Shown here one piece after another: positions 30,959 to 39,553 of a stretch of DNA of 64,000 nt (its first letter is position 1; every line of letters begins with the position of its first letter). Below the pieces are notes generated by a model, which was given only the letters and a program-made list of their open reading frames with translations, made no database searches and was not told where the DNA came from. This DNA is from Candidatus Bipolaricaulota bacterium. GTDB lineage: Bacteria; Bipolaricaulota; Bipolaricaulia; Bipolaricaulales; Bipolaricaulaceae. A program made the position numbers and the translations under genes. Location of the stretch: positions 7,765 through 71,764 of the forward strand of contig JACIWJ010000001.1 of NCBI GenBank assembly GCA_014361015.1, given 5' to 3'.

Positions 30959-32076
30959 TGCTCCACCATCTGGTGCAGGTGGTGCATCGCCAGGTCGTAG
31001 CCGCGGAGCGCTACCGAGAAGGTGTACGCCAGGACCCGGGCCGCCCAGAGTCGGAACAGGAGATCCTGCCAGTCGGGATCCTTGCTCTGGTATTCCCGAA
31101 GGAGAACGCGGTACGTGTCGTACCAGGCCGCGTCGTCCACGCACCCCACCCGGGGGATCCGCCGGGATGGGTTCAGCCCATCCCGGACCGCAGGCGGGAA
31201 GTGGTCGAGGAGCTCCGCCTGACGCTCCGTCCAACCCTCGACGAGCAGGGCCAGCGTCGCGTCAACGTCGTAGCCAATCTTGGCCTTGATGGCCTCCGAC
31301 ACCGGGCCCTGGTACTCCACGTGGTGCAGTGTGGTTCCGGCGACCGATGCCCCGGCCAGCGACGAGAGGGCCTCGAAGCACTCGATCAGCATCGTGCGTA
31401 GGTCGGCCAGGGACCCGTAGAGCTTGTGGACCTTCCCCACGCCCATGTACGTCTCGTAGAGGCTGAAGCCCTGAGCGACTGTGGCGAACGTGTACAGCGT
31501 GTCGATTCCCCAGTCGCTCTGGGCCTGGACCTGCGGATCCGCGAGAAGCGCTTCCGCCACCTGTCTCGTCATCAGCAGCTCACCCCCCAGCGGCTGCTCG
31601 ATCCGCGGGAGTTCGGACCGTGGAAACAGGAGGGCGAACCCTGTTCGGGTGATGAACCAGGTGATCATCGCGTCCGTACTCGCCCGCGGGAAGTAGTGGC
31701 GTACAACCTGGTATCCCTGGTCCGCGGCCTTCTCCGCCTTCTCGATCCACTCCTCGGAGAAGGAGAGGATGTCGGCGTCGTAGAAGTGGATACGGTCGTG
31801 CTCTGTATGGGTCAAGAGGTACCGCAGGGCGCTGTTCATCCCGTCTCCCTTTCCGGGCCTCTTGGTGCCGATCCTCTCTTGAACGATGACTTCCACTTCC
31901 TTGCCGCTCGAACGGGCAAGGGTGGGGGCAGCGCGGGCCACGGCCGCGAAACACTCGTCCTCCTCTGCCCCTATGCACACGACCCGCCGCACTCGCGGGT
32001 GGGCCAGAGCTGTGGAAACGTTCTTCAGCAGGACGTCGGGATCCTCGCGCTTGAACGGGAATACGACAACGCTCAT
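30928..32076 (-). CDS. mgs: mannosylglycerate synthase (GT78, single-step GDP-mannose:D-glycerate mannosyltransferase)
   Basis: Colinear over the full length with my memory of Rhodothermus marinus MGS: MSxVVFPFK, RPGKGDGMN(S/T)ALRY, IHFYDADI (DxD), RHYFPRASTDAMITW, EQPLGGELLM, SDWGIDTLYTF, GK(V/A)H(K/R)LYG, DLRTML(I/V)ECF, DPDW(Q/E)(D/E)LLF(R/K)LW. Confidence 0.85.
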   Translation of the reverse strand: MSVVVFPFKREDPDVLLKNVSTALAHPRVRRVVCIGAEEDECFAAVARAAPTLARSSGKEVEVIVQERIGTKRPGKGDGMNSALRYLLTHTEHDRIHFYDADILSFSEEWIEKAEKAADQGYQVVRHYFPRASTDAMITWFITRTGFALLFPRSELPRIEQPLGGELLMTRQVAEALLADPQVQAQSDWGIDTLYTFATVAQGFSLYETYMGVGKVHKLYGSLADLRTMLIECFEALSSLAGASVAGTTLHHVEYQGPVSEAIKAKIGYDVDATLALLVEGWTERQAELLDHFPPAVRDGLNPSRRIPRVGCVDDAAWYDTYRVLLREYQSKDPDWQDLLFRLWAARVLAYTFSVALRGYDLAMHHLHQMVEHYCRRAAGEP

Positions 32077-33197
32077 TGTGTCCCTCCCTCGGACGGCGGC
32101 GGAGCTGGCACAGGAAGCGCCTTCCCCGTCTCCTTGTCGAATAGGCGGAGCTTCTGCCCCACGAGGGTCAACCCCACCGTCTGCCCTGCTGCCAACAGCG
32201 GCTCGGGGGCGGTGGCGACCTTCAGGACGTCCTGGCCGACCTGGACCGTCAGCAGTTGCTGGGAACCCAAGGGCTCCGACACCAGCACCGTGGCGGCAAG
32301 AGACCCCGGCACCGGCCCGTGATGGACGGTGATGTTCTCAGCCCTGATGCCCACGATCACGGTCTGGCCTGTCCTCGCTTTCAGTTGATCCCTCCACAGC
32401 GCCGGCACGAGCAGGGTGAACTCTCCCACCACGAGCTCGACGCTCTCGTCGCGAGCAGCGACGGTGGCCTCGAGGAAGTTCATCGGCGGGGTGCCGATGA
32501 ACCCGGCGACAAACGTCGATGCCGGCCTGTCGTAGACCAGGCTGGGATGATCCAGTTGAACGATGGTCCCGTCCATCATCACCGCGATGCGGTCTCCCAG
32601 GGACAGGGCCTCCACCTGGTCGTGGGTTACGTACACGGTGGTCGTCCCGACTTCGCGATGCAGTCGTTTCAATTCGGCTCTCATCTGGAGCCGGAGAAGG
32701 GCATCGAGGTTGGAGAGCGGTTCATCCATGAGCAAGACCTGGGGTTTCATCACGATGGCGCGTGCCACGGCCACCCGTTGCCGCTGCCCACCGGAGAGCT
32801 GGGCAGGGTATCGCTGGAGAAGTTCGTCGATCCGAAGGAGCTCCGCTGCCTCCTCGACCTCTTTCTGGATCTGTCGTCTGGGGACGTGGCGCATGCGGAG
32901 CCCGAAGCCGATGTTCTGTGCCACGGTCATGTGTGGAAACACGGCATAGCTCTGGAAGACCATGGCGATCCCCCGCCGAGCAGGAGGCAGTCCCGTCACG
33001 TCACGGCGGCCGATGAAGATCCGCCCCCTGTTGGCCCGCTCGAGGCCGGCGATGCACCGCAGTGTGGTCGTCTTCCCGCAGCCGGATGGTCCAAGGAGGA
33101 CGAGGAACTCCCCATCCTCGATCGTCAGATCGACATCGCGGACTGCCACTACCCGGCCAAACGTCTTCCGTACTTGTTCGAGCCTGATCTCGGCCAC
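32073..33197 (-). CDS. sugar ABC transporter ATP-binding protein (MalK/UgpC type)
   Basis: Walker A GPSGCGKTT, signature LSGGQRQRVA, Walker B LLMDEPLSNLD, C-terminal TOBE-like domain. Its stop overlaps the mgs start (ATGA). Confidence 0.95.
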   Translation of the reverse strand: MAEIRLEQVRKTFGRVVAVRDVDLTIEDGEFLVLLGPSGCGKTTTLRCIAGLERANRGRIFIGRRDVTGLPPARRGIAMVFQSYAVFPHMTVAQNIGFGLRMRHVPRRQIQKEVEEAAELLRIDELLQRYPAQLSGGQRQRVAVARAIVMKPQVLLMDEPLSNLDALLRLQMRAELKRLHREVGTTTVYVTHDQVEALSLGDRIAVMMDGTIVQLDHPSLVYDRPASTFVAGFIGTPPMNFLEATVAARDESVELVVGEFTLLVPALWRDQLKARTGQTVIVGIRAENITVHHGPVPGSLAATVLVSEPLGSQQLLTVQVGQDVLKVATAPEPLLAAGQTVGLTLVGQKLRLFDKETGKALPVPAPPPSEGGTQ

Positions 33198-33200
33198 CGC

Positions 33201-34022
33201 TCACCTCTCTGAGATCGCACCGCCCCACATTTGGAACAGATACCTCCGGGCCAGGGCCATGAAGATCAAGGCAGGGATGATCATGAAAAACCCCCCCGCG
33301 AACCGAAAGTCGAGGGGAGCAACCTCGAGCGATGTCAGCACCTGGGCAGGCAAGGTCCGATTCCGGACGGTGAGAATAGCGGAAGCGAACACCTCGTTCC
33401 AGGAGATCACGAAGGTGAACATGGCAGCTGCGGCCAGCCCCGGAAGGGCCAACGGGAGAGCCACCCTCACGAACGCCCCCAAGCGGCTGCACCCGAGGGT
33501 CATCGCTGCCTCTTCCAGTTCTTTGGGAACCCCCGAGAAGATGCCTGATGTAATGAGGACAGCAAATGGGAGAGCCATGGCGGTGTGGATGAACGCCACA
33601 CCGATCAACGTATCGTAGAGCTGCCACCGGATGAACGTGACGATGAGGGGGATGGCCAGCAACGACGTGGGGAACATTCTGGTCATGAGGATGCCGATGC
33701 GGAACGCTTCCCGACCGCGGAAGACGTACCGCGCCACGGCGTATCCAGCAGGTGCACCGACGGCAAGGGTCATCCCCAAGGTCAGTAGCGCCACCAGCGC
33801 GCTGTTCCTCAACGAGGTGAGGGTGCCGTACGATCGGAGGAAAAACGACATCGTTGCCGTGGAAAAGCCGCTGGGAAGCACCGGCCGTGGCCATTGATAC
33901 AGCTCGAGACGGGGTGTGAACGCTGCGAGGGCGATGAGGGCCAGCGGAACGAGGACCCACAGTGCGATTACCACCACCACCATGTACAGGAGAAACCGGC
34001 GCTGGAGCTGACGGAACGTCAC
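33201..34022 (-). CDS. carbohydrate ABC transporter permease
   Basis: EAA loop ELEEAAMTLGCSRLGAFVRVALP and six TM-like segments. GTG start overlapping the upstream TGA (GTGA). Confidence 0.9.
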   Translation of the reverse strand: MTFRQLQRRFLLYMVVVVIALWVLVPLALIALAAFTPRLELYQWPRPVLPSGFSTATMSFFLRSYGTLTSLRNSALVALLTLGMTLAVGAPAGYAVARYVFRGREAFRIGILMTRMFPTSLLAIPLIVTFIRWQLYDTLIGVAFIHTAMALPFAVLITSGIFSGVPKELEEAAMTLGCSRLGAFVRVALPLALPGLAAAAMFTFVISWNEVFASAILTVRNRTLPAQVLTSLEVAPLDFRFAGGFFMIIPALIFMALARRYLFQMWGGAISER

Positions 34023-34894
34023 GGACGCACCTCCCGCGGGCGGAGGAACCGCAGGTATCCCCAGGCGAGCAGGGCCGAGATGACCATGAGGAGCAGGGCA
34101 TAAGCGGAAGCCACATTCGTATTGCGATAGAGGTAGTACCAGTAGTAGGCTTCGCCCGCCAATACAGGGACCATGCGCCCTCCCATTGCGACGACAACCG
34201 CGAACATCTGCAGGGCGAGGATCGTTCGGATGATGAGGGCCGACTGTAGCGACGGCTTGAGGAGAGGTAATGTGACATGCCACAACCTCTGCCAGGAACG
34301 AGCCCCGAATACCTCAGCAGCCTCGAGGTAATCGCGGGAGATCATCTGCAGGCCGGCAACGAGGATTACGAGCACGATCGCGGTGGCGCGCCAGTGCTCA
34401 GCGAGCACGATTGACCCTAAGACCCATCCCGTATTTTGTGCAGAAAGGAAGAAGATCGGCCTCTCGATGATCCCCAGACCGTACAAGAAGGAGTTGATGT
34501 ATCCATGCTGGGTGAAGAGGGAGAACCAGATCAGTCCAGCGGCGAGGTCTGAGATGCCGAGTGGGATGGCACAGATGTAGAGAAAAGTTCGCGATCCGCG
34601 AAACCTCGTATTGACGAGGAGGGCGATGAAGAGGGCTGTCACCAGCTGCAGGGGGACGATGATCGCTAGGAGGAGCAACGTGAAGCGGAGGGCGCTGACG
34701 AACTGAATGTCCTGGACCATGCGCACGAGGAAGCGCGTCGTCCACTGTCCATCCTGGGTGCGGAATGCCAAGAGAAGGGCTTGGACCACTGGGACCAGGA
34801 AGAACACGGCCACGTAGGCGATCGTGGGAAGGATCAACCAGTAGGGGAGGGCCTTCTCCGAGGCCAGCGACCGCAGGGCAGGGGTCCGGGGCAT
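34019..34894 (-). CDS. carbohydrate ABC transporter permease
   Basis: EAA loop YLEAAEVFGARSWQRLWHVTLP. Start at MPRTPALRS. Confidence 0.9.
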   Translation of the reverse strand: MPRTPALRSLASEKALPYWLILPTIAYVAVFFLVPVVQALLLAFRTQDGQWTTRFLVRMVQDIQFVSALRFTLLLLAIIVPLQLVTALFIALLVNTRFRGSRTFLYICAIPLGISDLAAGLIWFSLFTQHGYINSFLYGLGIIERPIFFLSAQNTGWVLGSIVLAEHWRATAIVLVILVAGLQMISRDYLEAAEVFGARSWQRLWHVTLPLLKPSLQSALIIRTILALQMFAVVVAMGGRMVPVLAGEAYYWYYLYRNTNVASAYALLLMVISALLAWGYLRFLRPREVRP

Positions 34895-34937
34895 GGATGA
34901 AGCCGGGCCGGGGGCATTCCCCCGGCCCGGCACTCCT

Positions 34938-36209
34938 CTATGGTAGGTACACGTCGGGCACGGGAGTTGGCGCACCCGTCTCCCGGAACAGCGCATCCAA
35001 GAGCGCCCCTTGCTGGGCAAGGACCTCCTTGATGGGCCTGCCGCGGATCACGATCTCGGTGAACGAGTCCAGATAGACCTTGTTGAACTCCCCGCCTCGG
35101 GCACCGAGCCCGCCAGGGATGATGGAGACGAGGAGATCTGGCGAAGCTGACTGGACCGCGACGCCATCAGCAAGGACCTTCAGCCCTCCTGTGGGGACTG
35201 CACCGGCGGCTTCGGTGACCACCGGGAAGAACCCTACGCCCTCCAGGATCGCTACCTGGCTGGACGGGCGCGTGAGGTACTCGATCAGCTGGTAAGCGCT
35301 CGCTGGATCGGGCGCAGTCTGGGGGATGGCGAGACCCGCGAGGACCGTGATCACGCCGCGGCCCTTGGGCCCGGCGGGGGCCGGCAGCACGACGAAGTCG
35401 TCGGGGCGCTCCATCACCGCTGTCTTCACCCGCGCCGTGTGATCCCACGCGATCCACACCTCTTCGGACAGGAGCGCGGTGTCCATCGAGTCAAGAAGAG
35501 GGGCCGACGGCGTCACGTACTGCCAGAGGTCCTTCAGGTACTCCCACATCAAGACCGCCGCCGGCGAGTCGAACTTCTTGACCTGGGCCCCAGTAAACGA
35601 GGGGTAGAGGTAGCCATGGAGAAAACGGTGGAGCAAGGCGCGAGGCCCAGCCGGGATTCCGAGCTTCTGCTCCCCGGTCGCCTCGTAGATCTTCTTGGCC
35701 CAAAGGTAGAGCTGGTCATAGGTCAGGGTCGTGGGGTCGGCCCACGAAGGAAGGTACTGGAGGGCCTTCTTGTTGGCCACGAGGACGTAGGTGGCCTGCA
35801 TCCACGGGATGTAAACTTGAGCATCGCCGATCCGTCCCAACTCCACGAACGACTGCGCTAGGGTTCGGTCGCCCAGGGCTTCGAGCTGGGCCAGCTCGGC
35901 CCCTAGATCCTTCAGGGCGCCGTAGTAGACGAGGAAGTTGCCGTGGAGATCGCCCACGAGATCGAGTGACCCGCGGCCAGCTTCGAACTCAGCGAGGATC
36001 CGGTTCGTCAGTTCCGGCTCCTCTGCCCCGAGGAAGACAACGGGCACACCGGTTTCCGTCGTGAACGGGGGGAGAAGCACTGTGCGGACCCATTCGGCCT
36101 CGGTTATGGGCCGCATCTGCGTCGACATGAACGTCAGATCTGGCGCGGCAGCCACCGTCGCCGCGCTTGCCACCAACCCTGCGAGAAGAAGAACACTTAG
36201 GTATCTCAT
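34938..36209 (-). CDS. ABC transporter extracellular solute-binding protein (family 1)
   Basis: Sec-type signal MRYLSVLLLAGLVASAATVAAA. GGAGGG lies 8 nt upstream of the ATG at 36209. Confidence 0.9.
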   Translation of the reverse strand: MRYLSVLLLAGLVASAATVAAAPDLTFMSTQMRPITEAEWVRTVLLPPFTTETGVPVVFLGAEEPELTNRILAEFEAGRGSLDLVGDLHGNFLVYYGALKDLGAELAQLEALGDRTLAQSFVELGRIGDAQVYIPWMQATYVLVANKKALQYLPSWADPTTLTYDQLYLWAKKIYEATGEQKLGIPAGPRALLHRFLHGYLYPSFTGAQVKKFDSPAAVLMWEYLKDLWQYVTPSAPLLDSMDTALLSEEVWIAWDHTARVKTAVMERPDDFVVLPAPAGPKGRGVITVLAGLAIPQTAPDPASAYQLIEYLTRPSSQVAILEGVGFFPVVTEAAGAVPTGGLKVLADGVAVQSASPDLLVSIIPGGLGARGGEFNKVYLDSFTEIVIRGRPIKEVLAQQGALLDALFRETGAPTPVPDVYLP

Positions 36210-36508
36210 TTCCACTTCCCTCCTTCTTCAACTGCTGGTGGTGATCCCGAGCTTCTCTCTCGGAAGAATCCCCTCCTGTTCCTCACCTCCTTCCCCTCCC
36301 CCACTCTCAGCACGTCCTGGTTCCCGATCCTTGTGCCCACCGGGCTCGCATGCTCCACAGCTGCCACCAATTGTCTGAGACGTGGATAGGGTGTGTGTTT
36401 GGACTACGGACACCAGGGGAGAGGTCGCTCATGTTCTGACAGGTCTCCATGTGCGCATCGGCGCCTCCCTGGCAAGACCGCGCTCTCCACCTCCTCGCAA
36501 CTTCACCG

Positions 36509-36528
36509 AGAGTTGTTATAACAACTCT
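36509..36528. promoter_or_regulatory. perfect 20-bp palindrome AGAGTTGTTATAACAACTCT, candidate GntR-type operator
   Basis: Exact inverted repeat verified base by base. It contains a GT-N-AC type core (GTTATAAC) and overlaps the -10 of the candidate minus-strand promoter of the ABC/mgs operon. Confidence 0.5.
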
Positions 36529-36553
36529 AGCATGGCACGGAGCGCTTTGTCAA
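36524..36553 (-). promoter_or_regulatory. candidate sigma70-type promoter of the SBP-permease-ATPase-mgs operon
   Basis: Minus strand reads TTGACA (36553-36548), an 18-nt spacer, then TAGAGT (36529-24). It lies about 300 nt upstream of the SBP start. Confidence 0.4.
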
Positions 36554-36583
36554 GTTCTTCGTGGCGCAAGTGAGTCTGGGATG

Positions 36584-38038
36584 CTACGCCAGGTAATCGA
36601 TGATCGCCTGGGCTTGCGCGATGGCTTCGGCGGGTGACTTTCTCTTCTCCAGTGTCTGGGCGAGCATATCCTGTAGCTGAGCCGATACCTGAGCATAGCG
36701 AGGTACGATAGGCCGCACATGAGCGATCTCCAGCAACCTACTGGTCTCATAGATGAACCAGTCTCGTTCCTGATCAAGGGAGCGCACCACCGAAACTCTG
36801 GTCGGCTTGCGCCCTATCAGACGGCACATCTCCATCATCAGCGAGGGACTGGCAAGGATCTTTAGGACTTCCAGAGCCGCCTCTGGGTGGCGCGACTGCC
36901 GGAAGACAACGTACACCATCCCCCCCACTGTTGCCGCAGGCCTCCCGCCCGGCCCAGCGGGAATGGGGACGAACCCCACCCTCTCTCGGAATGCCTTGTC
37001 ATCCCACCCTGCGACCTGCTGGATGAGCGCCTTCTCGTAGCTCCCCCCGAACGCCAACGCCAGTGCCCCACGGGCGAACAGGAGCGGAACTTCGTTGAAC
37101 TCGTAGCGGGAGGCAGCGGGCGATGCCAGCCGGTACGTGTGGACCAGATCATAGAGAAACCTCAGGGCCTGCCGGGCCCCCTCGCCGAGAACGATCCTGC
37201 CTTCAGTGCAGATCCCGTCTCCTGCTGACCAGATGAGAGAGCTCAGAATGTAGGTGGTTGTCTCACCTGCGTTCGGGCCTCCAGGGAACGCGAGCGGGAA
37301 CGGACCCAATCCGTACCGCTGCCGGACAGGTGCACTCCCGAAGTGCTGGGCCACTGTCACGAGCTCGTCCCACGTCTGGGGAGGGGGGAGTCCCTCGACC
37401 TCAAACCAGTCCCTGCGATACCAAACGAGCGAGACATTGGCCTCGGGCTGCATCCCGTAGAGGTGGCCCCGGTAGCAGTTGTTTTCCACAAACAGTGGAA
37501 ACAGGTCAGCCTTGAACGCCGCCGCCCACTCCTTGTCGATCTCGTCCAGGGGTGCGAGGTAGTCAAGATCGGCGAACTCGGTGAGCCATACCCAGTCGAT
37601 GAGAGCTAGATCAGGGGCGACGCCTCGACCCACCGCAGAGACGATCTTAGCGTGGAGCTCGGGGCGTCCCAGGACTTTGATCTGGGGCTGGAGCGCCCCG
37701 CCCAGTCCCTGCCGTCTGTGCACCTGGAACGCCTTCCTAAGTGACGGAACCCAATGTTCTTCAGGGAGCACGGCCCGCAGGGGGACCGTTTTCGCGGGAA
37801 GACGGTGGTTGACGAACGTTCCACTCCCCTGGTGGCGAAGAACGAGTCCCTCGTTGGCCAGTGCGCCGAGGGCTTGGCGCACCGTGACCCGGCTCACGCC
37901 GAACTGCCGGCAAAGCGCCTCTTCAGTGGGAATGCGTTCTCCCGGACGGTAGGCTCCGCGCTCGATCTCCTCCTCCAGGATTTGCTTCAGCTGCCGGTAG
38001 AGCGGGACCGCAATCTTCTTATCTAGGTTCCTTCTCAC
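36584..38038 (-). CDS. GntR-family wHTH regulator fused to a periplasmic-type (family 1) solute-binding domain
   Basis: N-terminus PLYRQLKQILEEEIERGAYRPGERIPTEEALCRQFGVSRVTVRQALGALANEGL is a GntR HTH. The remaining roughly 400 aa look like SBP_bac_1 (APDLALIDWVWLTEFADLDYLAPLDE...). There is no signal peptide. GTG start. Confidence 0.85.
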   Translation of the reverse strand: MRRNLDKKIAVPLYRQLKQILEEEIERGAYRPGERIPTEEALCRQFGVSRVTVRQALGALANEGLVLRHQGSGTFVNHRLPAKTVPLRAVLPEEHWVPSLRKAFQVHRRQGLGGALQPQIKVLGRPELHAKIVSAVGRGVAPDLALIDWVWLTEFADLDYLAPLDEIDKEWAAAFKADLFPLFVENNCYRGHLYGMQPEANVSLVWYRRDWFEVEGLPPPQTWDELVTVAQHFGSAPVRQRYGLGPFPLAFPGGPNAGETTTYILSSLIWSAGDGICTEGRIVLGEGARQALRFLYDLVHTYRLASPAASRYEFNEVPLLFARGALALAFGGSYEKALIQQVAGWDDKAFRERVGFVPIPAGPGGRPAATVGGMVYVVFRQSRHPEAALEVLKILASPSLMMEMCRLIGRKPTRVSVVRSLDQERDWFIYETSRLLEIAHVRPIVPRYAQVSAQLQDMLAQTLEKRKSPAEAIAQAQAIIDYLA

Positions 38039-38179
38039 TTTTTTGATTATAGACCCACTGCCAAAGGATGCTCAACCGAGCGCTTTCCCGGCAAGGTGAG
38101 CAGTCTGCGAGCGGGCACGGCCCCGCATTCGCCAGGGAGATACCTCCACCCTGGTGGGTCCCGTATAATGCTTGGTCAG

Positions 38180-39553
38180 ATGGGGCGCATTGGGATCTGC
38201 CATTTCCGCACCGGGGACATCGATGGGGTCTCGCTCGAGATCGATAAGAGCCGGCAGGTGTTGCACCAGTTGGGGCATCAGACGTTTCTGTGCACGGGGC
38301 GCTGCGGGATGGGGGAAGAGGCCTTCGTCATCCCCGAGATGTCCCTAGATCATCCGGAAGTCCTGCAGATCCGTCGGAACGCGTTTGAGCGCCTGGCGGA
38401 CTACCGCAGCGAACGCGATCTCCACGATCACATCGAGGGCGTGGCGGCGAGAATCGAGGCGAGGGTGGCGGAGTTCTTGACCGGACTAGGCATCGACCTC
38501 CTCGTGGTCCATAACCTATGGGGACTACCGCTCAACCTGCCTGCCACGGTGGGTGTGTGGCGGGCGGTCGAAGTCCACCAGCTGCCCGTGCTGGCCCACC
38601 ACCATGATTTCCACTGGGAGCGAGAGGAGTACCGAAGTCCCACTGCTGCGGGGGTACGGGACCTGGTGGACAAGTGCTTCCCTCCCCGTAGTCCCCGCGT
38701 GACGCACATCGTGATCAATCGCATCGCGCACGAGGAGTTGCGCCGACGGGGCATTCCGTCGACCGTGGTTCCCAATGTGTTCGATTTCCATTCGTCGCCG
38801 ACCCCAAGGGAGTCCCGCTGGGCTTTGCTTGAGCACCTGGGTCTTTCCTTGGCTGACGTGGTATTCCTTCAGGCGACCCGGATCGTCCGTCGCAAGGGCA
38901 TTGAGATCGCGCTCGAGCTCGTGGCGCGGCTTGGGTCGCCCGAACACAGAGGCGCCCTCCATCGCCGCGTCCGTGAGCGGGGTGGCGGCTTCTCCGGGCG
39001 GCCGGTGGTCCTCCTTCCCAACCTCGTTGAGGACCGAGGGTACTGCGAGGCGCTCCGGGAGCGTGCCGCCCGTCTGGGCGTCGACGCCCGGTTCGTGTCG
39101 GACCGGGTGGCCTCCACGCGCCGCCCAGGGTGTCTCTCGCTTTGGGATACGTACCTGTGCGCGGACTTCGTCACTTACCCGTCGCTCCAGGAAGGCTGGG
39201 GCAACCAGTTCCTGGAAGCGGTATGGGCGAGATTGCCGATGGCGGTCTATGAGTACCCCGTGTTCCGGTCCGATATCGCTCCAGCAGGATTCCAGTACGT
39301 ATCGCTCGGGCACAGTTACGAGCGAGATGAGGATGGTCTTGCTCGGGTGCCGGAGCCCACCCTTCGCCGTGCGGCGCAGGAGGTGGCCGATCTCCTCTCC
39401 AGGCCGGATCGGTACCGCCAGCTCGTTGAGCACAATTATGCCCTTGGCAAAGCGCGCTTCTCCCTCCAGATCCTCATGGAGGAACTGAACCGGCTGGTGA
39501 GCGTAGCCCTCCAAGACCGGCCAGGGACAGGGCGTGAACCGTGCGGACGGTGA
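38180..39553 (+). CDS. GT4-family (GT-B, retaining) glycosyltransferase
   Basis: C-terminal E-X7-E motif (QEGWGNQFLEA) and two Rossmann-like halves. Start chosen at MGRIGICHF. An alternative ATG is at 38168 and the ORF track starts at 38096. Confidence 0.8.
   Translation: MGRIGICHFRTGDIDGVSLEIDKSRQVLHQLGHQTFLCTGRCGMGEEAFVIPEMSLDHPEVLQIRRNAFERLADYRSERDLHDHIEGVAARIEARVAEFLTGLGIDLLVVHNLWGLPLNLPATVGVWRAVEVHQLPVLAHHHDFHWEREEYRSPTAAGVRDLVDKCFPPRSPRVTHIVINRIAHEELRRRGIPSTVVPNVFDFHSSPTPRESRWALLEHLGLSLADVVFLQATRIVRRKGIEIALELVARLGSPEHRGALHRRVRERGGGFSGRPVVLLPNLVEDRGYCEALRERAARLGVDARFVSDRVASTRRPGCLSLWDTYLCADFVTYPSLQEGWGNQFLEAVWARLPMAVYEYPVFRSDIAPAGFQYVSLGHSYERDEDGLARVPEPTLRRAAQEVADLLSRPDRYRQLVEHNYALGKARFSLQILMEELNRLVSVALQDRPGTGREPCGR

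Noticed and set aside
36228-36413. 61-aa minus-strand ORF in the long leader upstream of the SBP gene.
   Set aside because: It has a GTG start without an SD, many A/T-ending codons unlike genuine genes here, and a low-complexity Gly/Glu tail. It is treated as non-coding.
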